From the NCBI GenBank assembly GCA_919901745.1, contig CAKKPP010000010.1, forward strand, positions 180 to 64,179: DNA of 64,000 nucleotides. Reading direction: 5' to 3'. This DNA comes from Chloroflexota bacterium (lineage in GTDB: Bacteria > Chloroflexota > Limnocylindria > Limnocylindrales > CSP1-4). Shown here piece by piece: positions 47,655-58,980 of the stretch. Each line of letters opens with the position of its first letter. Position 1 is the stretch's first letter. Under the pieces are notes generated by a model, which was not told where the DNA came from, made no database searches, and saw nothing but the letters and a program-made list of their open reading frames with translations. The translations under genes were made by a program, and so were the position numbers.

Positions 47655-48566
47655 GTGATCGTCCGGCTCGCCGCCGATGGTGTGAGCGCGACAGTAGATC
47701 CGGTGGCGGGCGGCCGCCTGGCCTCGCTGGTGGTGGGCGGCCGGGAGCGGCTGATCGACGTGCCAAACCTGCGCGCCGAGCTTCCCGCGATCAGCTGGGG
47801 TTCGTTCGCGATGATCCCGTGGGTCGGCCGGATCCGCCACGGACAGCTGACCTGGGCCGGCACGACCTTCGCGTTGCCGCGCAACCTGGGCGAGCATGCG
47901 ATCCACGGCGCGGCGTTCGATCAAACGTGGGCGGTGACCGCGGTCGATGAACGGTCGGTCGAGCTGCGCCTCAGCCTTGCCGCGACGGCGCGCTGGCCGT
48001 TCGCGGCCGAACTGGTCCAGGTGATCGCCCTGACGCCGGACGCGATCGCGTTTCGCGCCGAAGTCCGCGCGGAGAGAGCCATGCCGGTCGCGATCGGCTG
48101 GCATCCCTGGTTCCGGCGCCACGGAGACGAACCGATCGAGGTGACCGTCCCGGCGGAGTTCGTTCTCGAGACGACGGACGACATCATCCCGACGGGCGTC
48201 CTTCTCCCTGTTGACGGGCCCACGGATCTCCGGCGTGCCGTCGACGTGATGGACCGGCGTCTCGATCACGCCTTCGTCGCTGTGACCGGACCATGCCGGG
48301 TTGCCTGGCCGGACCTCGAACTCAGCATCGACGCCGAGCCGGTGGGATCGGTCGTCGTCCACACCACCCCGACCGCCGTGTGCGTCGAGCCCCAGACGGC
48401 ATGGCCGGATGCGGTCCGCCTGGCCGCCGCCGGCGCGGCCACGGGCCTCGTCGCGCTGGAGGCCGGCGACACGTTCGTCGCCACGTCGCGTTGGACCTGG
48501 AGGCGAGCCGGCGTCGATGGGCCCGCCGGCGAGGGCGAACGGGCCGGCGACGAGGAGCGGACTTGA
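47655..48566 (+). CDS. Aldose 1-epimerase family protein
   Basis: PWVGRI, HAIHG, GWHPWF and CVEPQT. Confidence 0.85.
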   Translation: MIVRLAADGVSATVDPVAGGRLASLVVGGRERLIDVPNLRAELPAISWGSFAMIPWVGRIRHGQLTWAGTTFALPRNLGEHAIHGAAFDQTWAVTAVDERSVELRLSLAATARWPFAAELVQVIALTPDAIAFRAEVRAERAMPVAIGWHPWFRRHGDEPIEVTVPAEFVLETTDDIIPTGVLLPVDGPTDLRRAVDVMDRRLDHAFVAVTGPCRVAWPDLELSIDAEPVGSVVVHTTPTAVCVEPQTAWPDAVRLAAAGAATGLVALEAGDTFVATSRWTWRRAGVDGPAGEGERAGDEERT

Positions 48567-48601
48567 CACCACGGGCCCGATTGTAAGAGTCTGCAACAAA
48601 C
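48563..48601 (+). promoter_or_regulatory. xylR promoter (-35 TTGACA) with overlapping candidate XylR operator
   Basis: TTGACA at 48563; TTGTAAGAGTCTGCAACAAAC at 48581-48601. Confidence 0.6.
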
Positions 48602-48626
48602 ATTGCGGCAAAAGGAAGACAAACCC

Positions 48627-49868
48627 GTGGGGATTGCGCGGCGCGACGAGGTCGGACAGCGGAGTGAGACGGTACGCCGGGCAAACCTGAGCGCCATCGT
48701 CCGCGAGCTGCACCTGTCCGGACCGCTGACCCGTTCGGAACTCGTCGCACACACGGGTCTGACCCGGAGTGCGATCCGCGGCTTGATCGGCGAGCTGGTT
48801 TCGGCCGACATCGTGAGCGAAGAGAAGGCGGAGCCGCTTGGGTTGCCCGGGCGCCCCTCCCCGGTCGTCAAGCCGAACCCGACCGCGACGGCGGTGCTCG
48901 CACTCGACATCCTCGTCGACTCGTCGGCGGCGGCCCTTGTGGGACTCGGTGGTGTCGTCATGGAGCAGGTTCGCGTCGATCGTCCGCGCGGCCACTTTGG
49001 GGTGGACGAGGTCATCGCCGAGCTGGCCGAGCTGGCCGACACGGTTCGGAAACGTCGTCCGGATACCGATCCCCTGATCGGCGTGGGCGTCGCCGTCGTC
49101 GGCATGGTTCGGCGCGCGGATGGGTTCGTCTCGATGGCTCCGAATCTCGGCTGGCGCGACGTCGCGCTCGCCGAGCGACTTGCCGAGGTCCTCGGGACGA
49201 CGGCGCCCATCTCCATCGCCAATGAGGCCGACCTGGGCGCGCTCGCCGAATTGCGCCGCGGCGTGTCGGTGAGCGCCGGGGATGTCCTGTTCATCTCCGG
49301 GGAGGTTGGCGTCGGTGGCGGCCTGATCGTCGGTGGGGAGGCCCTGACCGGCAGCTCGGGCTACGGCGGCGAGATCGGGCACATGCCCATCAACCCGGCA
49401 GGTCTCTCGTGCCGCTGCGGCTCGGTCGGATGCTGGGAGACCGAAGTCGGCGAGGAGGCGCTGTTGCGGCGGGCAGGGCGCCCACCCGGAGGAGGCCGGC
49501 AGGCCGTGGACGACCTGCTCCGCGACGCGGCGGCGGGGATGCCGGTCGCCCTGCTCGCGCTCGAGGAGGAAGGGCAATGGCTGGGACGCGGGCTGGCCGG
49601 CCTCGTCAACGTCTTCAACCCTCGGCAGATCGTCCTCGGCGGGCTGATCGGCCGGATTTATCCGTTCGTTGCCGAGTTGCTCGAGCGCGAACTCGATCGG
49701 CTCGCGCTGCCCGGCTCGCGCGACCTGGTCCGGATCGTCCCCGCCTCCCTCGGCGTGGACGCGGCGCTCCTCGGCGCCGCCGAACTCGCGTTCGAGCCCC
49801 TGCTCAACGATCCCGGCGCGTGGATCGGCCCGCGGAGGGCCGCAGCCCTCCTGGGAGCCGGCGCATGA
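48627..49868 (+). CDS. xylR: ROK-family transcriptional repressor
   Basis: N-terminal HTH (LTRSEL...TGLT), GRP, NEADLGALAE and GEIGH...CRCGSVGCWE; xylose cluster context. Confidence 0.85.
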   Translation: MGIARRDEVGQRSETVRRANLSAIVRELHLSGPLTRSELVAHTGLTRSAIRGLIGELVSADIVSEEKAEPLGLPGRPSPVVKPNPTATAVLALDILVDSSAAALVGLGGVVMEQVRVDRPRGHFGVDEVIAELAELADTVRKRRPDTDPLIGVGVAVVGMVRRADGFVSMAPNLGWRDVALAERLAEVLGTTAPISIANEADLGALAELRRGVSVSAGDVLFISGEVGVGGGLIVGGEALTGSSGYGGEIGHMPINPAGLSCRCGSVGCWETEVGEEALLRRAGRPPGGGRQAVDDLLRDAAAGMPVALLALEEEGQWLGRGLAGLVNVFNPRQIVLGGLIGRIYPFVAELLERELDRLALPGSRDLVRIVPASLGVDAALLGAAELAFEPLLNDPGAWIGPRRAAALLGAGA

Positions 49869-50014
49869 CCCCCATTCCCTGCCCTTCTCGACGTGTTTGG
49901 AATCTTCGTCGCCATTCGGCGAGGAGGGTGGTAGCCTAGCGCGGTTTCGAGAAGGTATCGAACGTCAGCTGGCCAGTCAGGTCCAGAAGAACAGTTTCGG
50001 AGGAGGAGTAGCAC

Positions 50015-51139
50015 ATGCAGTTCAGTCGCAGGTTGGCGGCGCTCGTCGGAGTGACCGCTCTCGCATTCGCCGCGTGCACGGGCGGCGCGACGCCGGCACC
50101 GGCCACGAATCCACCGGCTTCGACCGCGCCGACCGAGCCACCGCCGAGCGTGGCCGCGGGGTGCGTCGTCGGCGTGTCGTGGAATAACTTCCAGGAAGAG
50201 CGCTGGGGCAAGTTCGATGAGCCGGCACTCAAGGCCGCCATCGAGGCCGGGGGCGGCACCTACGTCTCGAACGACGCGAAGTCGTCCGCCGAGACCCAGG
50301 CAAGCAACGTCGAGAACCTGATCACGCAGGGCGCACAGGTCCTCGTCATCCTTGCCCAGGACGGCACGGCGATCAAGCCGTCCGTGGCAAGTGCGGCAGC
50401 GCAGGGGATCCCGGTCATCGCCTATGACCGCCTGATCGAGGACCCGAACGTCCTGTACGCGACATTCGACAACAAGGGTGTCGGCCGGATCATGGCCGAG
50501 ATCATCCTCAAGCTGGTCCCCGAGGGGAACTACGCGATCATCAAGGGCAACAGCGCCGACGCCAACGCAGACTTCCTGCGCGCCGGCATGACCGAAGCCG
50601 GTGTCCCCGACGTCGGCCAGACGGACCCCGCCGGCAAGATCAAGATCGTCGGCGAGACGTACACCGACAACTGGGATCCGGCGAATGCCCAGACGAACAT
50701 GGAGCAGATCCTCTCGGCGAACAACAACGACATCGACGCCGTTCTCTCCGAGAACGACGGCATGGCCGGCGGCGTCATCGCGGCGCTCACGGCCCAGGGC
50801 CTGGACGGCAAGATCCCGGTCTCGGGCCAGGACGGCGACAAGGGTGCCCTCAACCGGGTCGCCCTCGGCACCCAGACCGTGTCCGTCTGGAAAGACGGCC
50901 GCAACCTCGGCAAGGCCTCCGGCGAGGCAGCCATCGCGCTGTGCGCCGACAGCGACCTGTCCAAGCTCTCGGGCACGGTGCAGTTCGACACCCCTGGTGG
51001 GAACACGCTGACCTCGATCATCCTCGACCCCACGCCCGTTCAGCAGGACAACCTCCAGGCTGTCCTCGACGGCAACGTGCTGACCAAGGACGAGCTGTGC
51101 CAGGGCGTGACCCCGGGTTCTGTGGCCGCCTGCCCGTAA
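50015..51139 (+). CDS. xylF: Xylose ABC transporter substrate-binding lipoprotein
   Basis: Lipobox FAAC; EERW..D, IAYDRLI, NDGMAGG, VSGQDGD and VWKD. Confidence 0.88.
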   Translation: MQFSRRLAALVGVTALAFAACTGGATPAPATNPPASTAPTEPPPSVAAGCVVGVSWNNFQEERWGKFDEPALKAAIEAGGGTYVSNDAKSSAETQASNVENLITQGAQVLVILAQDGTAIKPSVASAAAQGIPVIAYDRLIEDPNVLYATFDNKGVGRIMAEIILKLVPEGNYAIIKGNSADANADFLRAGMTEAGVPDVGQTDPAGKIKIVGETYTDNWDPANAQTNMEQILSANNNDIDAVLSENDGMAGGVIAALTAQGLDGKIPVSGQDGDKGALNRVALGTQTVSVWKDGRNLGKASGEAAIALCADSDLSKLSGTVQFDTPGGNTLTSIILDPTPVQQDNLQAVLDGNVLTKDELCQGVTPGSVAACP

Positions 51140-51163
51140 GCCAATCGCAATCGCTGAAGAGCA

Positions 51164-51193
51164 GCCCCCTGGCGCCACCCGGCGTCAGGGGGC
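51164..51193 (+). promoter_or_regulatory. Intercistronic stem-loop between xylF and xylH
   Basis: gccccctggcgcc-accc-ggcgtcagggggc. Confidence 0.55.
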
Positions 51194-51235
51194 CTCGATA
51201 TACTCACGGCGACTTTCTCGAGAGGGGCGTCAACG

Positions 51236-52549
51236 ATGACCGAGACCGCCAGCGCCAGGAAGGACCCCGGTAGCGGATCAGGCAGATCGCTCCGCTCGGT
51301 CCTGTTCTCCCTCGAGATCGATACCCGACTGGTCGGCATGCTGGCGGCGCTCGCGGTCATCTGGGTCGCCTTCAACGTCATGTCGGGCGGCAACTTCATC
51401 ACCGCGCGGAACCTCTGGAACCTGTCCGTCCAGAGCTCGTCCGTCGCGATCATGGCGACCGGCATGGTCCTGATCATCGTCTCGCGGAACATCGATCTCT
51501 CGGTCGGTTCGATGCTCGGGTTCCTCGGCTACTTCATGGCGATGGCCCAGGCGGTCTGGATCCCGACGACCCTCGGCCTCGGACTTGACCAGCCGTTCAC
51601 GTGGGTCATCGTCCTCGTCCTGGGCGTCGCCGTCGGCGCGATCATGGGTGGGATCCAGGGCTTCCTCGTGGCGTACGGCGGCGTTCCGTCGTTCATCGTC
51701 ACCCTCGGTGGCCTCCTGGTCTGGCGTGGCCTGATCTTCCGGTTCCAGCAGGGCGTCACGATCTCCCCGCTCGACTCGACCTTCCAGCTGCTGGGCGGTG
51801 GGCCCAAGGGCTCGCTCGGCGAGATCGGAAGCTGGCTGATCGGGATCGTCCTGTGCGTGGGGATCGCCTACACGCTCGTCGCCACCCGTCGCCGTCGTCG
51901 CCGTTACGACTTCCCGGTGCGGCCGATGTGGGCGGAGGTCACGATCGGCGCCATCGCGGTCGCTGCCGTTCTCGGGGCCGTCGCGATCGCCAATGCGTAT
52001 GCCTGGCCGCCCGCCCTCGCGGCGGACTTCGCTGCCGAGAACAACATCGTCGAGCCGCCCGGCGGCCTGATCATCCCCACCGGGATCGCCTATCCGGTCC
52101 TGATCATGCTGGGCGTCGGCCTCCTGATGGCCTACCTCTCGAGTCGTCGCCAGTTCGGCCGCTACGTCTATGCGATCGGAGGCAATCCCGACGCAGCGGA
52201 GCTGGCCGGCGTCAACGTCCGACGGACGATCGCGTTGACATTCATGCTCATGGGCATCCTGGCGGCCGTGAGTGCGGCGATCCAGACGGCCCGGTTGAAC
52301 TCCGCGGTGACCAACCTCGGCGTCCAGAACGAGCTCGACGTGATCTCTGCGGCCGTGATCGGCGGAACATCGTTCGCCGGCGGGATCGGGACGATCCCGG
52401 GCGCGATCCTCGGAGCCGTCGTCATGCAGTCGCTTCGCTCGGGAATGCTGCTTCTCAACGTCGATTCACCGGCCCAGGATGTCGTGGTCGGTCTGGTCCT
52501 CGTGGCAGCCGTCGGATTCGACTCGATCGTGCGTCGACGGGCAAGCTGA
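51236..52549 (+). CDS. xylH: Xylose ABC transporter permease
   Basis: [23 protein letters not shown] and [12 protein letters not shown]. Confidence 0.88.
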   Translation: MTETASARKDPGSGSGRSLRSVLFSLEIDTRLVGMLAALAVIWVAFNVMSGGNFITARNLWNLSVQSSSVAIMATGMVLIIVSRNIDLSVGSMLGFLGYFMAMAQAVWIPTTLGLGLDQPFTWVIVLVLGVAVGAIMGGIQGFLVAYGGVPSFIVTLGGLLVWRGLIFRFQQGVTISPLDSTFQLLGGGPKGSLGEIGSWLIGIVLCVGIAYTLVATRRRRRRYDFPVRPMWAEVTIGAIAVAAVLGAVAIANAYAWPPALAADFAAENNIVEPPGGLIIPTGIAYPVLIMLGVGLLMAYLSSRRQFGRYVYAIGGNPDAAELAGVNVRRTIALTFMLMGILAAVSAAIQTARLNSAVTNLGVQNELDVISAAVIGGTSFAGGIGTIPGAILGAVVMQSLRSGMLLLNVDSPAQDVVVGLVLVAAVGFDSIVRRRAS

Positions 52550-52566
52550 GAGACAGGAGTGCCGCC

Positions 52567-53385
52567 ATGACGACAATCGCCAGCCCGTCCTCGAGCCCGG
52601 CCACGGTGCCGCAGGTTCCCCTCGTGGAGATGCGCGACATCCGCGTGTCCTTCGGCGGCGTTCACGCAGTCGACGGGGTCAGCGTGGACCTCCATGCGGG
52701 TGAGGTCATCGGGCTCGTAGGCGGCAATGGCGCCGGCAAGTCCACCTTGATCCGCGTCCTGTCCGGAGCGCACCGGGCGGATTCCGGTCAGATCATCATC
52801 GACGGGACTCCCGCCCAGATCGACAATCCGCGTGACGCGAAGGCGTACGGCATCGAGACGATCTACCAGACGCTTGCCCTGGCGGAAAACATCGATGCGG
52901 CCGGAAACATGTTCCTTGGCCGCGAGCTGCGATCACGATTTGGATCCCTCGACGACTCCGCGATGGAATCGGCCACCCGGGGCGTGATGGGCCGCCTCAA
53001 CCCGAACTTCAAGAACTTCAAGACCGCGGTGATGTCACTCTCCGGCGGCCAGCGACAGTCGGTCGCGATCGCCCGCGCCGTGCACTTCAATGCGCGGATC
53101 CTGATCATGGACGAGCCCACGGCGGCGCTCGGGCCTGCCGAGACGGCCCAGGTGCGCGATCTGATCAGGCAGCTCAAGTCGGAGGGCATCGGCATCTTCC
53201 TGATCAGCCACGACATCCACGACGTGTACGACCTGTCGGACCGGATCAGCGTGATGTACCACGGCAAGGTCGTCGGCACCGTGAAGCGCACGGATGTCAC
53301 GACCGACGACCTGCTGGCGATGATCATCATGGGCAAGCCGCCCGGAGAGGCGACGCAGAAGGAACTCGCGTCTCTCCACGCCTGA
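52567..53385 (+). CDS. xylG: Sugar ABC transporter ATPase (single domain)
   Basis: [16 protein letters not shown] and MDEPTAALG. Confidence 0.88.
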   Translation: MTTIASPSSSPATVPQVPLVEMRDIRVSFGGVHAVDGVSVDLHAGEVIGLVGGNGAGKSTLIRVLSGAHRADSGQIIIDGTPAQIDNPRDAKAYGIETIYQTLALAENIDAAGNMFLGRELRSRFGSLDDSAMESATRGVMGRLNPNFKNFKTAVMSLSGGQRQSVAIARAVHFNARILIMDEPTAALGPAETAQVRDLIRQLKSEGIGIFLISHDIHDVYDLSDRISVMYHGKVVGTVKRTDVTTDDLLAMIIMGKPPGEATQKELASLHA

Positions 53386-53439
53386 TCGCGGGTACACGGC
53401 CCGGGTCCACGACCCGGGTCCGCGCCCGGGGCGAGCCGA

Positions 53440-54924
53440 TCAGGTCCGCCGAAACGTCGGGGCCAGCGCGGGATAGAGGCCGCGGTAGAGCGCGTGCGCC
53501 TCGGCATAGCGGGCGGCGTCGGGTCCCGGCACGGCGACCGGGGTCGCGGTCACGAAGGCCCCCGCCGCGCCCTCCACGGTCTCGTGCCAGCCGGCCCCCA
53601 CGGCGGCCAGGAGGCCGGCCCCGTAGGCAGCTCCCTCGGAGGTGTCCACGGTGGCGATCTCGGCCCCGAGCACGTCGGCCAGGATCTGGCGCCAGAGCGG
53701 ACTCGCCGTCCCGCCGCCCGAGGCACGAATCTGCGCCGGTTGGGGCAGGCCCGCCGCCGCCATGAGGTCGAGGCCGTCGCGCAGCCCGAATGCCACGCCT
53801 TCGAGGACGGCCCGCGTCAGGTGACGGCGATCGTGGCGGACGGTGAGGCCGACGAAGGCGCCGCGCGCCAGCGGATCGGGATGCGGACTGCGCTCTCCCG
53901 TGAGGTACGGCAGAAAGAGGAGGCCGTCGCTCCCCGCCGGCACTTCGGCAGCGGCCGTCACCAGATCGCCGAAGTCCTCACCCGGGGCGAGCGCGTCGCG
54001 GAACCAGCGCAGGCTGCCGGCTGCCGAGAGCATCACCGACATCAGGTGCCAGCGATCGGGGACCGCGTGACAGAACGCGTGGACGCGGCCACGTGGATCG
54101 AAGGTCGGTTGGTCCGTCGTCGCGAACACCACGCCCGACGTCCCCAGCGACAGCGCGACGGTCCCCGGCGTCACTGCGCCGACCCCCACGGCGTTTGCCG
54201 ACTGGTCGCCCCCACCGGCGACCACCGGCGTGCCGGCCCGGAGGCCCGTCGCCGCGGCCGCGGCAGCCGTGATCGATCCGGTGATGGACGGGCCTTCGTG
54301 CGTCGGTGCCATCCAGGCCGGGTCGATGCCGAGCGCCGCGAGGATCTCAGGGGACCAATCGCGCGCCGCAAGGTCGAACAGGATCGTGCCCGAGCCGTCG
54401 GCCTTGTCCATGGCGTACTCGCCGGTCAGACGAAGCCGGAGGTAGTCCTTGGGGAGCAGCACGTGTCGAACTCGACGCCAGTGATCGGGCTCGTGATCGC
54501 GAACCCAGACGAGCTTCGGAGCGGTGAACCCGGTCAGGGCATCGTTGCCGGTGAGCTCGATGAGACGTTCGGGACCGACCGTGGCGCGGATCGCGTCGCA
54601 CTCGGCGGCCGTGCGCTGGTCGTTCCACAGGATCGCCGGCCTGATCACCTCACCGGCGCCGTCGAGGAGCACGGCCCCGTGCATCTGGCCGGTCAAGCCC
54701 ACGGCGACGACCTCGTCGCCGGAGACGCCCGCGGCGTGAAGCACCGCTCGGATCGCGCTCACGGCACCAGCCCACCAGAGCCCCGGGTCCTGCTCGCTCC
54801 ACAACGGACGGGGCACGTCGTAGCCGTACTCGGCGGTCCCGATGCCAAGAACGCGGCCGGTCTCCCCGACGAGGACCGCCTTCGTGGCCGTCGTGGAGAC
54901 GTCGATGCCGATGACGGCGGACAT
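53440..54924 (-). CDS. xylB: Xylulokinase
   Basis: IGIDVSTT, GQMHG, AILWND, GGGDQ, SLGTSG and PYLTGER. Confidence 0.95.
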   Translation of the reverse strand: MSAVIGIDVSTTATKAVLVGETGRVLGIGTAEYGYDVPRPLWSEQDPGLWWAGAVSAIRAVLHAAGVSGDEVVAVGLTGQMHGAVLLDGAGEVIRPAILWNDQRTAAECDAIRATVGPERLIELTGNDALTGFTAPKLVWVRDHEPDHWRRVRHVLLPKDYLRLRLTGEYAMDKADGSGTILFDLAARDWSPEILAALGIDPAWMAPTHEGPSITGSITAAAAAATGLRAGTPVVAGGGDQSANAVGVGAVTPGTVALSLGTSGVVFATTDQPTFDPRGRVHAFCHAVPDRWHLMSVMLSAAGSLRWFRDALAPGEDFGDLVTAAAEVPAGSDGLLFLPYLTGERSPHPDPLARGAFVGLTVRHDRRHLTRAVLEGVAFGLRDGLDLMAAAGLPQPAQIRASGGGTASPLWRQILADVLGAEIATVDTSEGAAYGAGLLAAVGAGWHETVEGAAGAFVTATPVAVPGPDAARYAEAHALYRGLYPALAPTFRRT

Positions 54925-54932
54925 CGGTGCGA

Positions 54933-56270
54933 TCAGTCCCGAATCGCCCAGATCCGCTGGTTCACCGCGTTCTCGAGGGCCTCCTGGCCGCCGGACACCG
55001 GCGTCGGGGCGATCGCGCCGGCGGCGACGCGTGCCTCGAGCGACTCCAGCGACGCCGAGCCGTCGAGGATCGAGGTGCCCACGGCGCCCGACCAGCCCGC
55101 ATACCGGGCGTCTCGAGGCGCGTCGAGGGTCCTGTGTTCGATCATGCCGGCCGCGACCAGGAGCGAGCGCGCCAGCGTGTCGATCCCGCCGATGTGGCCG
55201 TGGAACAGGTCCGTTCGGGCCATGCTCTGGCGACGAAGCTTGGCATCGAAGTTGAAGCCGCCGGTGGTGAAGCCACCACCCTTGAGGATCTCGTAGAGCG
55301 CGAGCGACAGCTCATCGACGGAATTGGGGAACTGGTCCGTGTCCCAGCCGTTCTGCGGGTCGCCGCGATTGGCATCGATGCTCCCGAAGATCCCGTTGGC
55401 GACCGCGTACGCGACATCGTGGTGGAAGCTGTGGCCGGCGAGCGTCGCGTGGTTGACCTCGAGGTTGACGTGGTACTCGCCCTCCAGGCCATGCCGGACG
55501 AGGAAGCCGTGCACGGTCGCGGCGTCATAGTCGTACTGGTGCTTCGTCGGCTCCTGCGGCTTCGGTTCGATGAGGAGGAGCCCCTTGAACCCGATCTTGT
55601 GCTTGTGCTCCGCGACGAGTGTGAGGAATCGGGCGAGCTGCGTCTCCTCGCGCGCCAGATCCGTGTTCAGGAGTGTTTCGTACCCCTCGCGGCCGCCCCA
55701 CAGGGTGTAGTTGGCGCCACCGAGACGCTGCGTGGTCTCGAGCATCACCTTGACCTGCGCCGCGGCATAGGCGAAGACGGCGGGATCCGGGTTGGTGGCC
55801 GCGCCCGCGGCGTAGCGCGGATGGCTGAAGAGGTTCGCGGTTCCCCACAGCAGGTGCTTGCCGGTCCGATCCATGTGCTCCGCGATCCATCCTGCGACCG
55901 TGTCCAGGTTCGAGCGCGATTCGGCAAACGTCGCGCCCGCCGGCGACACGTCGACGTCGTGGAAGCAGAAGAACGGCACGCCGAGCTTGGTGAGGAACTC
56001 GAACGCGGCGTCGAGCTTCGCGCGCGCCGCGACCATCGGGTCCTGACCCGCAACGAGCCACGGTCGGTCGAAGGTCCCGACACCGAAGACATCCGATCCG
56101 GGCCACGCGAACGAGTGCCACAGGCACACGGCAATCCGGAGATGGTCCTCCATCCGCTTGCCGAGGACCATCCGGTCTGGCTGGTAGACCCTGTACGACA
56201 GCGGATCCGATGCGTCCGGGCCACCGAACGGGATGATCCCCGTCACGTCCGAAAAGAAGTCCTCGCTCAC
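54933..56270 (-). CDS. xylA: Xylose isomerase (class II)
   Basis: [35 protein letters not shown] and GWDTDQF; GTG start. Confidence 0.96.
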   Translation of the reverse strand: MSEDFFSDVTGIIPFGGPDASDPLSYRVYQPDRMVLGKRMEDHLRIAVCLWHSFAWPGSDVFGVGTFDRPWLVAGQDPMVAARAKLDAAFEFLTKLGVPFFCFHDVDVSPAGATFAESRSNLDTVAGWIAEHMDRTGKHLLWGTANLFSHPRYAAGAATNPDPAVFAYAAAQVKVMLETTQRLGGANYTLWGGREGYETLLNTDLAREETQLARFLTLVAEHKHKIGFKGLLLIEPKPQEPTKHQYDYDAATVHGFLVRHGLEGEYHVNLEVNHATLAGHSFHHDVAYAVANGIFGSIDANRGDPQNGWDTDQFPNSVDELSLALYEILKGGGFTTGGFNFDAKLRRQSMARTDLFHGHIGGIDTLARSLLVAAGMIEHRTLDAPRDARYAGWSGAVGTSILDGSASLESLEARVAAGAIAPTPVSGGQEALENAVNQRIWAIRD

Positions 56271-56339
56271 GCCCGTTCCTCCGCTGTCTCGCTTGGACGC
56301 CCGGCACCCCGCCCGCGCCGCCGGCTTCATCGGGATAAT

Positions 56340-56360
56340 TTGTAGGAGCGTATCACAAAC
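56340..56360. promoter_or_regulatory. Candidate XylR operator upstream of xylA
   Basis: TTGTAGGAGCGTATCACAAAC, the same TTGTA-GAG-N6-ACAAAC pattern as at 48581. Confidence 0.6.
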
Positions 56361-56431
56361 CCTCCGCGGCCGGCGACGCGACGGACGGCGTGAGGGACGT
56401 GACGGACAACATCCCCGTCGGCGAGTCCGGC

Positions 56432-57142
56432 CTACCCCCAGGACGTCTCGGTCACCGGGCGAAGCGCGACTTCGAGGATGCGGTGGTTGCGCGACCGGGT
56501 GAGGACGAACTCGACGACCTCGGCGACATCGTCCGGCCGCATCATGCCGTCGAGCGCAGCCATGCCCGGCGTGCGACCGCGGCCCATCGCGAAGTCCGTG
56601 GAGACGCCACCCGGACAGACGTTGGTGCAGCGGATTCCCTTTTCGCGAAGCTCGTGGTCGAGTGCGCGGGTGAGGCCGACCTGCGCGAACTTGGACGCGC
56701 AGTACACGGCTTCGTTGGGCAGCCCTCGTCGGCCGGCCTCGCTGGCGATCGTGACGATCTCGCCGGCGTCGCTCTTGAGCAGGTACGGCAGCGTGGCGCG
56801 GACGGCATACAAGGCGCCCTTGACGTTGACGTCGATCATCTCCTCGAGTTGCTCCGCCGGCAGCTCCAGGAACGGGCCGTACGCGCCCACGCCGGCATTG
56901 ACGATGAGGATGTCGATCCCACCGAACCGCTCTGCCGTGGCGGCCGCGACACGTGCGAGGGCGGCCGCGTCGCGGACATCGCAGGGCATCGCCACCACGC
57001 CATCCATGCCGAGATCGTCGCCGCTGCGGGAGGCCAGACCCAGGCGAACGCCGTCGGCGGCCAGCGTGCGGGCGATCGCGGCACCGATGCCGCGGCTCGC
57101 TCCCGTGATCAGGGCCACGCGGCCGTTGAGATCGTTCGCCAT
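56432..57142 (-). CDS. Short-chain dehydrogenase/reductase
   Basis: [12 protein letters not shown] and YCASK. Confidence 0.92.
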   Translation of the reverse strand: MANDLNGRVALITGASRGIGAAIARTLAADGVRLGLASRSGDDLGMDGVVAMPCDVRDAAALARVAAATAERFGGIDILIVNAGVGAYGPFLELPAEQLEEMIDVNVKGALYAVRATLPYLLKSDAGEIVTIASEAGRRGLPNEAVYCASKFAQVGLTRALDHELREKGIRCTNVCPGGVSTDFAMGRGRTPGMAALDGMMRPDDVAEVVEFVLTRSRNHRILEVALRPVTETSWG

Positions 57143-57281
57143 CGCTCGGTTCCCTTCCGTCGTCGTTCGCTGATCCTGTGATCGCTTCCGTGTGCGACCA
57201 GTATCGCCGGTTACGGTTGCGAGGCTCGTGCGTCCCGCACAATCCGCTGGCGAACGTGCGAGTCCGCTGGCGAATCCGGGG

Positions 57282-58979
57282 TCATCGACCTCGGATGGCC
57301 CGATCCTTCAAGATCTGACCCGCCGCCAGCTTGCCGGGCGCGCCCATGACGCAGCCGCCGGGATGCGTGCCGGAGCCGCATTGGTAGTAGCCGTCGATCG
57401 GCGTGCGGTACTGCGACCAGCCGGGCGCCGGACGGAAGAAGAACATCTGGGGCGCGAGGAACTCGCCGGCGAAGATGTTGCCCTCGGACAGGCCCACCAC
57501 CCGTTCGATGTCGAGCGGGGTGACCACCTCGCGATGGAGCACGAGGTTGCCGAAACCCGGGAAGAACGATTCGAGCGTCCGCTGCACGGTGTCGCCGAGG
57601 TTCTGGCGCTCCGCGTCCCAGTCACGTTCGCGGAGCTTGTACGGCGTGTACTGGATGAAGCACGACATGACGTGCTTGCCGGGCGGGGCCATGTCCGGGT
57701 CGATCGTGGACTGGACGGCCATGTCGATGTACGGGTGTTGGCTGTACCAGCCGTACTTGGCGTCATCGAACGCCCGCTCGAGATACTCCATCGATGGTCC
57801 GATGTTCGTGAACCCGCGGAAGGGTTCAACGCCACGATCGGCCAGGGCCGGGAAGACGGGAATACCGTCGAGGGCGAAGTTGACCTTGGACGAGGTGCCC
57901 TGGAAGCGGAACCGCCGAATGTGGTCGACGAGGTCCGTGGGGAGATCGCGCGGCTCGACCAACTCGAGGAACGTCCGCCGCGGGTCCAGCGCGCTGACGA
58001 CGACATCGGCGTGGTACTCCGTGCCGTCGGAGAGTGCCACGCCGGTCGCCCGGCCGCCTTTCGTGATGACCGACGCGACCGGCGACTCGAGCCGGATCTC
58101 CGCGCCGAACGCCTGCGCCGCGCGCGCGAGGACCTGGGTGAACCCGCCGTTGCCCTTCTTGTGGAACGCCCACGCGCCGAACACCGAGTCGTGTTCACCG
58201 ATCGAGTGATAGAGAAGGACAAGCCCGGAGCCCTGCGAGTACGGCCCCACCTTCGTACCGATGATCGATGCCGAGGCGAAGAGACCCTTCACGATGTCCG
58301 ATTCGAAGTAGTCGTCCAGGAAATCCGCCGCGCTCCCGGTCAGCAGCCGGATCGCGTTCTGGACCACGCGCGGCTGGGCGCGGCGGAAGTGCCGGCCGAG
58401 CCCGGCCAGCGCCAACAGCTCGGCCGGATCGTCGCTGAACAGGTCGGGCGGCACCATGTCGAGCAGCGGCTTGATGAGCTGGCAGACCTGCGAGACGTCG
58501 TGCTCGTACTGGTCGTAGGCGTCGGCATCGTGCTTCGAATGGCGAGCGATCTCGCGCAGGTTCTCCCCCCGATCCTGGCTCAGCAGCAGGTAGTCACCGT
58601 TCTCCATCGGGGCGAAGGTGTTCGCCATCAGCAGCGGCATGAAGCCGTGCCTGGTCAATTCGAGTTCGTGGATGATGTCGGGGCGCAGCAGGCTCAGGGC
58701 GTACGAGAAGGTCGTGAACCAGAACCCCGGGTGGAGCTCCTCGGTGATCGCGGCGCCGCCGACGAGGTGACGGCGTTCCAGGATCAGCGTGCGCAGCCCG
58801 GACTTTGCCAGGTAGGCGCCGTTCACGAGGCCGTTGTGGCCGCCGCCCACGACGATGGCGTCGTAGCGCTGGTCGTCGCCGGTCGTGCGCCTGCGCGTCG
58901 TGCCGCTCGTCGAGGTCGTCGCGGTGGTCCGGGAGGTGCGGCCCTTCGGTGCCTTCGGTGCCGTCGTCTTCTTCGTCAT
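57282..58979 (-). CDS. Phytoene-dehydrogenase-like FAD oxidoreductase
   Basis: VGGGHNGL...LERR..VGGA and CGSGTHPGGCVMG. Confidence 0.88.
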   Translation of the reverse strand: MTKKTTAPKAPKGRTSRTTATTSTSGTTRRRTTGDDQRYDAIVVGGGHNGLVNGAYLAKSGLRTLILERRHLVGGAAITEELHPGFWFTTFSYALSLLRPDIIHELELTRHGFMPLLMANTFAPMENGDYLLLSQDRGENLREIARHSKHDADAYDQYEHDVSQVCQLIKPLLDMVPPDLFSDDPAELLALAGLGRHFRRAQPRVVQNAIRLLTGSAADFLDDYFESDIVKGLFASASIIGTKVGPYSQGSGLVLLYHSIGEHDSVFGAWAFHKKGNGGFTQVLARAAQAFGAEIRLESPVASVITKGGRATGVALSDGTEYHADVVVSALDPRRTFLELVEPRDLPTDLVDHIRRFRFQGTSSKVNFALDGIPVFPALADRGVEPFRGFTNIGPSMEYLERAFDDAKYGWYSQHPYIDMAVQSTIDPDMAPPGKHVMSCFIQYTPYKLRERDWDAERQNLGDTVQRTLESFFPGFGNLVLHREVVTPLDIERVVGLSEGNIFAGEFLAPQMFFFRPAPGWSQYRTPIDGYYQCGSGTHPGGCVMGAPGKLAAGQILKDRAIRGR

Positions 58980-58980
58980 C

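Noticed and set aside
57282-58979. Carotenoid biosynthesis (crtI)
   Set aside because: No crtB/crtE context; it is coupled to a GcvT-like gene instead.
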